Source: Alphaproteobacteria bacterium (GTDB lineage Bacteria > Pseudomonadota > Alphaproteobacteria > Rs-D84). From it: 32,000 nt of DNA. Positions 18,082 through 25,382 of this stretch are shown here, piece by piece. Under the pieces are notes generated by a model. That model was not told the DNA's origin, made no database searches, and saw nothing but the letters and a program-made list of their open reading frames with translations. The position numbers were made by a program, and so were the translations under genes. Every line of letters begins with the position of its first letter. Positions within the stretch are counted from its first letter, which is position 1. The stretch spans positions 300,001-332,000 of the forward strand of contig JAFVFD010000005.1 of NCBI GenBank assembly GCA_017475605.1, in the 5' to 3' direction.

Positions 18082-18714
18082 TTATTTAAGGCATTTTTTA
18101 AGTTCTGAATAGTCTTCTATTATATCAATATTTTTATTTTTAATTTCTTCTGCGGCATGTATTTTTTGCTTTATCAGCACAATATTAGGGTGTGATTGTA
18201 ATTCGTTATTTAATTTTTCAATTGCCCAATCTATTTCTGATGTATCTTTTATAAAAATCGGCATCACAGAATCAGCCGCCGAATATAACGCATTATGTAA
18301 ATCGGTTTTATAATCATCAATAACAGATAAATATGCATCTATATGCTTATTTTCATGATTAAGTATCGCTGTATATGAACAACTGTTTTTGTTATGTCTT
18401 TTATCAATTTTTACCAGAAAATCGCTATATCCAATTGTTGAATATACAGATTTTAATGAAATACAAAACCCATCTTCGATTGATGTAATATCGGTATTAA
18501 TATCATAATTATCAACCAATGTTGCCACAACATTACCATGTAATAAATCCATTGATTCGTGTGGTTGAATTACACTTTTATTCCATTGTGGAATATTGAT
18601 AACTATTTTTGGTTTAATCTTGTATGTGGCGCATTCGTTGGCATTGGCAATATTTAACACACCAAATAAAGATAAAAATATTGCTAAAAATTTACATGAA
18701 TTAAACATTTCCAC
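18082..18714 (-). CDS. Secreted hypothetical protein with an HExxH motif (possible DUF922-like Zn-metallopeptidase)
   Basis: Signal peptide FLAIFLSLFGVLNIANA|NE. HENKH is encoded at 18343-18357. There are four Cys residues. The start is GTG 18714 or ATG 18708, either of which overlaps the virB4 stop (18701-18703). Hand counts on sampled lines give about 23-25% GC, the lowest in the window. Confidence 0.45.
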   Translation of the reverse strand: MEMFNSCKFLAIFLSLFGVLNIANANECATYKIKPKIVINIPQWNKSVIQPHESMDLLHGNVVATLVDNYDINTDITSIEDGFCISLKSVYSTIGYSDFLVKIDKRHNKNSCSYTAILNHENKHIDAYLSVIDDYKTDLHNALYSAADSVMPIFIKDTSEIDWAIEKLNNELQSHPNIVLIKQKIHAAEEIKNKNIDIIEDYSELKKCLK

Positions 18715-21121
18715 CCGATTGCTTTTTCAGGTATTCTGCCACAAAATTAGTTCCATACATTTTATATAATTCTTCGGCCAATAATACCGATGGTCGCCCA
18801 GATTCAAACAGACGCAATAAATTACCCAGCCCCCCCAATTCAGTATTTAATATCACAGATTCACCATTAACCGGTCGTGATAACAATACCGCGCGTTTAA
18901 GGTTTGGATATGCCTTGCCCTGAATAAATGCCATTTCAAGTGGATTAAGATTCCAGTGTGCATAATCACCTGCATCTGCGGCTGGATTACGGAAGAATAA
19001 TACTGTTTGCGCCTGGCCACGAACAACATCACCAATCCCCAGTTTATCCAGTACATTTGCGCGTTGGAATGCGACCATATATGCCTGACGATTTTTACGC
19101 CCTTCTTGTAATCCGGCAATAAAGTTATCGCGGAACATTTTGTTTTCCAACATTGGTGCGGTTTCATCAATCATAATAAGTGATGGATTGCCACCCGATA
19201 CAGTTGTTGTATTAATACGGTGTAAAATATACGAAATAACCGCTGGGGATAAAACCTCGTCCTGTAATATATCTGTAAAATCAAATGTAGTAAGGCGCGC
19301 CCCAAGGTCCAATGTATCAGAATCTTCGTTAAACATATCGCCATATTGTAACGGGTCAACCCATTTCTTTAATGCTGCACGCATCGGGCCGGCGGATGAA
19401 AAACAACTTTCCCAAAGATTTTTTAAAACCCTGTCTTTATCTGACAAATAATCAAAATTGACAGATACCGCACGCGCAATTTCATCCGCGGACGCTGCAT
19501 CATTTTGCCCCGAAATAATAGCAAACCAACGACGTAAAAATGCGCGATTTTCCGCCGTATCCGGCATTTTAAGTGGATTTAATCTTGTCTCAAAAGATTG
19601 TTCAACCGGATTTGTATTCTTTTCCTTGCCACGCATAGTGATATATTTACCACCAACGGCCAGGGTAAATATTTCCGCCCCTTTATTCCGGTCAAAGAAG
19701 AATGCTTTTAATTTCGGATGACGCAACGATTGCGCTATTAAAAAACTAAATAATGTTGTTTTACCACCACCGGTTGGACCAATAGTAAGTGTATGCCCCA
19801 CCGCCGCCGGTTTATCTGAAACATGGAATTGGAACATATATGGTGTTCCCTGGGCGGTTGGGAAAACAACCAATGGGCCCGGTCCCCAATCAGAATTTTC
19901 AACACCGCGTGGTGTACTGGACATAGGAATACAGACCGCCGCCGTTTTTGATAATAATTTAAAACTGCGCGGGAATACATCAAACCCTGGAATCTGGGCG
20001 AACCATGAAACCTTGGATGCAAAAGATTCAACAACCGGCGATACACCAAATGATGCCGATATTTTCTTAAACTCATCTACATATTTTGCTAATTCTTCGC
20101 GCGTTGCGCCGAATATAACAAATAACGGGTAATAATTAACCAAACTCTGATTTCCAGAAATATTTTCATCCATTGCAGATTTTGCTTCTGATACCTGGGT
20201 TAATGTAGATTCTTGGTCTTCATCGGCGGTTGATGTACGTTGACGCAAAGTAGATTCTACATCGGCCGTACCCATAATATTAAAGCCATTCATACAAATC
20301 ATTTCTGTTTGAATAGTAGATACAGAATTAAAGAAATCTTCATCCAAATAATCTGGCGATATACGGAATGAAAGCAATGCCGCAAATGTTTGGGCATTGC
20401 CACTGCTGTACCTTATTATACCATCATTTCCAAAATCGACATTATCAACCGCCACATTTTCCGCTATTTTATTATCAGCCACCACAGGCATCGGTTTAGA
20501 TAATGGCGACAAAATACGACCAAAAAATCGTGCCATATTATCGGTTGTGTTATTTTGTAATACCTTTGGTTTATATGCGGATAATATAGATTCAATATAG
20601 TTACCATATTGATTCAATTTTTCGCGCGCACCATTTCCAGCGACAGACAACACAATGTAATAGTTATTTAAATAAATACGCAATCCCTGGGACCGCCATT
20701 TATTATAAATACCCTGTAATACAGGCCCATCAAACTCATAGTCCTGATTATCAAGGGCGGCATCACGCACCATATAAAAACGCATTGTTACATTTGGATC
20801 GCGAATTTGATTGAATAACTGAGTCCGAAGATCCAAGAATTTTTCACGTGTCGCATCATCTTGCATACTGGTTTGTACACCTGAAACCCTGTACACCCTG
20901 GTAAGTGCGCCATTTGTTAATTCCATTGAATTATCGGTAAATACACGACGGAAAGGTAAATAATTCGCATAACGCGCATAACCGAAATTCGGGAAAATAC
21001 GTCTTGTCAAAGCGGGTAAATATATCATTAAAACAATAAACACAAATAACACCGCCATAACCAGTATAGTCATAGTTATGGAATAACCACCGCCGGCAAA
21101 ATATTCAAAAAATCCTTCCAT
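18701..21121 (-). CDS. virB4: Type IV secretion system ATPase VirB4/TrbE family
   Basis: 806 aa with an N-terminal TM segment, Walker A GPTGGGKTT and Walker B SLIMIDE, and a length typical of VirB4. It follows the VirB3-like gene with no gap. Confidence 0.9.
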   Translation of the reverse strand: MEGFFEYFAGGGYSITMTILVMAVLFVFIVLMIYLPALTRRIFPNFGYARYANYLPFRRVFTDNSMELTNGALTRVYRVSGVQTSMQDDATREKFLDLRTQLFNQIRDPNVTMRFYMVRDAALDNQDYEFDGPVLQGIYNKWRSQGLRIYLNNYYIVLSVAGNGAREKLNQYGNYIESILSAYKPKVLQNNTTDNMARFFGRILSPLSKPMPVVADNKIAENVAVDNVDFGNDGIIRYSSGNAQTFAALLSFRISPDYLDEDFFNSVSTIQTEMICMNGFNIMGTADVESTLRQRTSTADEDQESTLTQVSEAKSAMDENISGNQSLVNYYPLFVIFGATREELAKYVDEFKKISASFGVSPVVESFASKVSWFAQIPGFDVFPRSFKLLSKTAAVCIPMSSTPRGVENSDWGPGPLVVFPTAQGTPYMFQFHVSDKPAAVGHTLTIGPTGGGKTTLFSFLIAQSLRHPKLKAFFFDRNKGAEIFTLAVGGKYITMRGKEKNTNPVEQSFETRLNPLKMPDTAENRAFLRRWFAIISGQNDAASADEIARAVSVNFDYLSDKDRVLKNLWESCFSSAGPMRAALKKWVDPLQYGDMFNEDSDTLDLGARLTTFDFTDILQDEVLSPAVISYILHRINTTTVSGGNPSLIMIDETAPMLENKMFRDNFIAGLQEGRKNRQAYMVAFQRANVLDKLGIGDVVRGQAQTVLFFRNPAADAGDYAHWNLNPLEMAFIQGKAYPNLKRAVLLSRPVNGESVILNTELGGLGNLLRLFESGRPSVLLAEELYKMYGTNFVAEYLKKQSGGNV

Positions 21122-21418
21122 TTATGCCACCAATCGTTTCGGTATTTTTTGTTTAAATAACTGTATTTTTGCCGCAACTATCTGCCCCAGTTGCGGATCG
21201 CGTTTAGAATAAATCGCCATAATTGAATGAACCACAATAACAGATACCAAAAAATACAGCGGATTTATTGCGTCTTTAAGCCCAGATACCAACAATCCAG
21301 CAACAAAAAACACTATAAATATCAGAAATTGAACAGCAAAATTTATCACAGCAAGATTATAAGGCACATAAAATATGCGCGCTGGATTTGCCAATGCTTT
21401 TAATACTTGCTGTTTCAT
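21122..21418 (-). CDS. virB3: Type IV secretion system protein VirB3/TrbD-like
   Basis: 98 aa, with LKALANPARIFYVPYNLAVINF followed by two hydrophobic helices, the VirB3 architecture. It abuts the virB4 start directly (stop at 21122, ATG at 21121). Confidence 0.7.
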   Translation of the reverse strand: MKQQVLKALANPARIFYVPYNLAVINFAVQFLIFIVFFVAGLLVSGLKDAINPLYFLVSVIVVHSIMAIYSKRDPQLGQIVAAKIQLFKQKIPKRLVA

Positions 21419-21431
21419 TTTCTCTCCGGTG

Positions 21432-21634
21432 AATTAATTATAACAATTTCAACAATTTTCAACAAGCATAAAAAGCAAATTATAAAATTTGTTAAATTTG
21501 TTAAAAAATCTCTTAATTTTAACATGTTAAAAAGGCAATAAAACTATCAACAATTTTACCAAAATCCGCTAAAAACCGGCAAAAAATTGTTAAAAACTTG
21601 TTAATAAAACGTTCAAAAAAGTTTTCAACAATTT
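21432..21634. promoter_or_regulatory. Array of TCAACAATTT / AAAT(T)TGTTAA motifs plus a 16-bp perfect palindrome in the virB3-rpmJ divergent region
   Basis: Three exact TCAACAATTT 10-mers occur at 21449, 21547 and 21625. Related AACAAT/AACAAG copies occur at 21442 and 21461, in 9-10 bp phasing. Inverted-orientation copies AAATTTGTTAA x2 are tandem with a 9-bp period at 21485-21504. AAATTGTTAA lies at 21584 and CTTGTTAA at 21597. The palindrome TTTTAACATGTTAAAA spans 21517-21532. Confidence 0.5.
21437..21465 (-). promoter_or_regulatory. Candidate promoter of virB3-virB4
   Basis: On the minus strand: TTGTTG (21465..21460), 17 nt, TATAAT (21442..21437), then the RBS GGAGA before ATG 21418. It overlaps the repeat array. 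Confidence 0.4.
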
Positions 21635-21675
21635 AAACACCCCCTATAAAAACAACAAAAATATATAATAAATAT

Positions 21676-21703
21676 TTGATTTTTTAGAAAAAGCGGTTAT
21701 AAT
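21676..21703 (+). promoter_or_regulatory. Candidate promoter of rpmJ
   Basis: TTGATT (21676-21681), 16 nt, TATAAT (21698-21703). The RBS AAGGA lies at 21714-21718. Confidence 0.5.
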
Positions 21704-21726
21704 CGCTTGGCAAAAAGGATTTAGAT

Positions 21727-21861
21727 ATGAAATTTTTAAGTTCATTAAAGGCTTGGAAAAAACGCGGCAATATTAAACAAATTCGTCGTGGGAAACAGGT
21801 TATCTTGATTGATCCAGATAATCCAAAGTTGAAAGCAAAACAGGGCTTTAAGAAAAAATAA
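21727..21861 (+). CDS. rpmJ: 50S ribosomal protein L36 (Cys-less, type B-like)
   Basis: 44-aa ORF, below the track cutoff: MKFLSSLKAWKKRGNIKQIRRGKQVILIDPDNPKLKAKQGFKKK. It aligns with the L36/YkgO pattern MKV.sSLk.aK.R....vvrRkGr.yvi.K.nPrfKarQG. Confidence 0.85.
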   Translation: MKFLSSLKAWKKRGNIKQIRRGKQVILIDPDNPKLKAKQGFKKK

Positions 21862-21898
21862 ATCCATATCGTGCGCTTTGCACGTGGGTGTTTTTGGT

Positions 21899-21933
21899 AT
21901 TCCGCGGGGTGTTAATTCTGCGGGATATTTTTT
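21899..21933 (+). terminator. Rho-independent terminator after rpmJ
   Basis: ATTCCGCGG-(10-nt loop)-CTGCGGGAT forms a 9-bp stem with two G-U pairs, followed by ATTTTTTATTT. Confidence 0.5.
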
Positions 21934-21938
21934 ATTTA

Positions 21939-22628
21939 TCAAAATAATGAAAAATCGTTCATAAATGCCGCGCGCAATACATCGTTTATTTCAATAGTCC
22001 CCAGACCCGCATTGCGTAAATATTCAATCTGAATTGGTTTTGGTGTATAAATGGCGGCACCATGGTCGGCGCGGTCTGGTACCGATGAAATACGTTGTGC
22101 AGGCATAAATTCTATTTTTGAATCTTTATCTGCCACCGCCGCAAAATTAATATCAGAAATACAATTTTCACAACCTTTATTAATAATTGCGGTACCTGAT
22201 AATTTTGAATAACTGCCCCGGTTTGCAATCAATTTATTCTGTAATAAAATACCGGTATTTTCCGACATATGATGCGCGATACATTCGTATGTTAAATTAT
22301 TATAATTATCCAACATTATATGCCCACGAATTTCGGAATTTTTCCCGGTGTTTTTTATAAAAATATTCAAAAAAGCCGGCTTTTTATTTTTTATATTTAC
22401 CGATAAAAACACATTTTGGTTTGGTATATTGACATCGATATTTAATTTTTTTTCACCATCTATTTCACCAACATAAATAATATGAATTGGCAAATCATAA
22501 TTTTTATCAATTTTGCCATTTTCTATTGTTGATAAATCTGGACAAAAAACACCATCGCGGTAAACTATTGTTTCCGCAGGGAATGGTTTTATATTGAAAT
22601 TTTCCCACATGTATGACATATTAAGCAC
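21939..22628 (-). CDS. Short stand-alone SufB/SufD-family (SufD-like) protein
   Basis: 229 aa. The repetitive beta-helix-like middle and the C-terminal HGAAIYTPKPIQIEYLRNAGLGTIEINDVLRAAFMNDF match the SufD/SufB C-terminal signature (H.a..g.....Q.fYL..RGl....A..ll..gF). No sufB, sufC or sufS gene is adjacent. Confidence 0.6.
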   Translation of the reverse strand: MLNMSYMWENFNIKPFPAETIVYRDGVFCPDLSTIENGKIDKNYDLPIHIIYVGEIDGEKKLNIDVNIPNQNVFLSVNIKNKKPAFLNIFIKNTGKNSEIRGHIMLDNYNNLTYECIAHHMSENTGILLQNKLIANRGSYSKLSGTAIINKGCENCISDINFAAVADKDSKIEFMPAQRISSVPDRADHGAAIYTPKPIQIEYLRNAGLGTIEINDVLRAAFMNDFSLF

Positions 22629-22647
22629 GATTATAAAGGATTTTTAA

Positions 22648-23727
22648 ATGGGATTCAATTGTGGAATTGTTGGATTGCCAAATGTTGGTAAATCTACATT
22701 ATTTAATGCTTTGACACAAAGTGCCGCGGCGGATGCACAAAATTATCCGTTTTGTACAATCGAACCAAATACTGGACGTGTTGTTGTACCAGATGCGACA
22801 TTATTGGAATTAGCGGCAACTGTGAATGCGGCAAAAATCATACCGACACAACTGGAAATTGTTGATATAGCAGGCCTTGTCAAAGGTGCTTCGACGGGTG
22901 AAGGTTTGGGAAACAAGTTCCTTGGGAATATTTTATCAACAGACGCAATAATTCATGTTGTCCGTTGTTTTGAAAATGACGATATTGTTCATGTAAATGG
23001 AAAAATTGACCCATTAAGTGATATTGATACGATTGAAACAGAACTTGCGCTGGCTGACCTTGAAAGTCTGGAAAAGCAGATTAAAAATCTTGAAAAAAAA
23101 GCACATGGTTTGGACAAGACTGCAATAAAATTACTAGCCGATGCTAATACCATTAAAAAAGGTTTGGAATCTGGCATACCTGCGCGGAAAAGCGGCGTTG
23201 ACGCATCGCCGTTTAATTTGTTAACTGCGAAACCTGTTATTTATGTTTGTAATGTTGATGAAGATTCCGCCGCAACCGGTAATAAATATTCCGATATGGT
23301 GAAAAACAAGTTTGGTGGCGATGCACCTGTATTGATAATTTCATCAAAAATTGAAATGGAAATCGCGCAAATTGTTGACCCAGACGAAAGAAAGATGTTT
23401 TTAACGGAACTGGGGTTAAATGAATCGGGGTTGGACCAGGTTATAAAGACCGGATATGAAACATTGGGTTTACAAACATTTTATACTGTTGGACCCAAGG
23501 AAGCACACGCATGGACAATTACACGCGGTATGACCGCACCAATGGCTGCGGGTAAAATACATACCGATTTTGAAAAAGGTTTTATACGCGCAGAAATTAT
23601 ATCGCCCGCTGATTGGCTGGAATTGGGTAGTGAACTGGCGGTAAAAGAAGCAGGTAAAATGCGCACCGTTGGTCGCGACTATGTTATGCAAGATGGTGAT
23701 ATTTGCCATTTCTTGTTTAATAATTAA
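22648..23727 (+). CDS. ychF: Redox-regulated ribosome-binding ATPase YchF
   Basis: Contains GIVGLPNVGKSTLFNALT, DIAGLVKGAS and a TGS-like C-terminus (MQDGDICHFLFN). 359 aa. Confidence 0.95.
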   Translation: MGFNCGIVGLPNVGKSTLFNALTQSAAADAQNYPFCTIEPNTGRVVVPDATLLELAATVNAAKIIPTQLEIVDIAGLVKGASTGEGLGNKFLGNILSTDAIIHVVRCFENDDIVHVNGKIDPLSDIDTIETELALADLESLEKQIKNLEKKAHGLDKTAIKLLADANTIKKGLESGIPARKSGVDASPFNLLTAKPVIYVCNVDEDSAATGNKYSDMVKNKFGGDAPVLIISSKIEMEIAQIVDPDERKMFLTELGLNESGLDQVIKTGYETLGLQTFYTVGPKEAHAWTITRGMTAPMAAGKIHTDFEKGFIRAEIISPADWLELGSELAVKEAGKMRTVGRDYVMQDGDICHFLFNN

Positions 23728-23728
23728 T

Positions 23729-23758
23729 AAAAAACACCGGTATTTACCGGTGTTTTTT
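23729..23758. terminator. Bidirectional rho-independent terminator between ychF and dnaG
   Basis: A6-CACCGGTA-TT-TACCGGTG-T6. It is nearly identical to the 7033-7065 hairpin except for a compensatory C-G to T-A change at the loop-closing pair. Confidence 0.8.
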
Positions 23759-25382
23759 ATTCCATATTCATAAGGTTTTCTAACTTTTCATTAGCCGATG
23801 CAATATCTGAATCTATTTTTATAATTTGATCTTTGGCGGACGAATCACCGGCCAGTGCCATTTGAATTAATGCCGTTCTGTCATTTTTAAGTTTGTCTAT
23901 ATATCTGTTTAATTTCAACGAAACAATGTATTTTTCAGATGATTTTAAGTCAAGTTTAGCATCTGTTACAATTTCTGAATCAAAATCTATATTTAAACCA
24001 GATAAAAATTCACCATACCTTTCCACTAATTCCGGATAAGTGTTTACAATATAAACAAGAGTTTTTTTAGTCATTTCATCAATTGCCGGCAATTCTATTT
24101 GTGGGGCGTTATCTTTATTTTTTCGCCATTTATGCCATTCATTAAATTTACGTGTGTCGTATTCATTTTCTATTTCACGCCGGAAATCAATATCTGTAAT
24201 TTTTTCAATTTGTGATTTTAAAAACTTTTCCGCCTGGGACCGTCCACCAGGTGTTGAAACAATATAATTTTTATTTATTGTTTGCCAAAGAAAATCAATA
24301 AGTGGTGTTGCAGAATCTATTATTTTACGCATAGCAGATTCACCCCCAGACTTTAAAACCTCGTCTGGATCTTTGCCGCCGGTAACAAATGCAAAACGGA
24401 CATCGGAATTATCGCGCAAAAAAGGTAAAACAATATCACATGCCCGGACAGCAGCCTTTTGCCCAGCATTATCCCCATCAAAACAAAATGTTATATTACG
24501 ATTTGATTTACACAAAATCGCAATATGGTCCGCGGTTAATGCTGTCCCCAGTGGTGCGACGGTTTCGCCAAAACCATGACATTGCATTTGTATTGCGTCA
24601 ATTTGTCCTTCGACAACAATACTTCTATTCGCACGATGTATTGCATCACGCGCAAAATTAAAACCGAATATAGTTTGCCGTTTATGGAACATTTCAGTAT
24701 CAGTTGTATTTATATACTTAGGTTCCGACCCATCAAGTGAACGTCCCGAAAAAGCGACAATTGACCCATGTGCATTGAAAATAGGAAACATTAATTTATC
24801 ACGAAAGAAATCGTATAATCCATATTCACCGCGGCGAACAAGACCTGTTGCCATCAATGCATCATTTTTAACATTTGTAAATGTATTGGAAATAATATTA
24901 TTTTTTGGTGCATATCCAATACGATATTTTTTTATCATATCATCTGTAAAACCGCGCCGACGCACATATTCCAACGCATGCGCGCCGATGGGGTCAAATA
25001 ATTTTTGTTCAAAAACGGTTGCGGCGCGGTCTGTAATACCAACATAAGATTCTTCGCGGGCAATTTGTTCAGGGTCGCGTGGTTTATATTCTGGAACCTT
25101 TAATCCGGCCATTTCTGCCAGTTCGCGAATCGCTGTTTTGAAATCTACATTTTCAGATTTCATTACAAAAGAAATAATATCACCATGTTCGCCACAACCA
25201 AAACAATGATAAAAACCTTTGTCTTCACTTACCGAAAAAGAAGGTGTTTTTTCATTATGAAATGGACAACATCCCCAAAAGTTTTGCCCCTTTTTGTTAA
25301 GTGGCACGCGACGCGACACAACATCAACGATTGAAAGACGTTGTCTTAATTCATCGGTAAAGTTGTTATCAAATTTTGCCAT
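23757..25382 (-). CDS. dnaG: DNA primase
   Basis: Contains the zinc finger CCPFHNEKTPSFSV...YHCFGCGEHGD and the Toprim region VVEGQIDAI...CFDGDNAGQKAA. 541 aa. Confidence 0.95.
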   Translation of the reverse strand: MAKFDNNFTDELRQRLSIVDVVSRRVPLNKKGQNFWGCCPFHNEKTPSFSVSEDKGFYHCFGCGEHGDIISFVMKSENVDFKTAIRELAEMAGLKVPEYKPRDPEQIAREESYVGITDRAATVFEQKLFDPIGAHALEYVRRRGFTDDMIKKYRIGYAPKNNIISNTFTNVKNDALMATGLVRRGEYGLYDFFRDKLMFPIFNAHGSIVAFSGRSLDGSEPKYINTTDTEMFHKRQTIFGFNFARDAIHRANRSIVVEGQIDAIQMQCHGFGETVAPLGTALTADHIAILCKSNRNITFCFDGDNAGQKAAVRACDIVLPFLRDNSDVRFAFVTGGKDPDEVLKSGGESAMRKIIDSATPLIDFLWQTINKNYIVSTPGGRSQAEKFLKSQIEKITDIDFRREIENEYDTRKFNEWHKWRKNKDNAPQIELPAIDEMTKKTLVYIVNTYPELVERYGEFLSGLNIDFDSEIVTDAKLDLKSSEKYIVSLKLNRYIDKLKNDRTALIQMALAGDSSAKDQIIKIDSDIASANEKLENLMNME

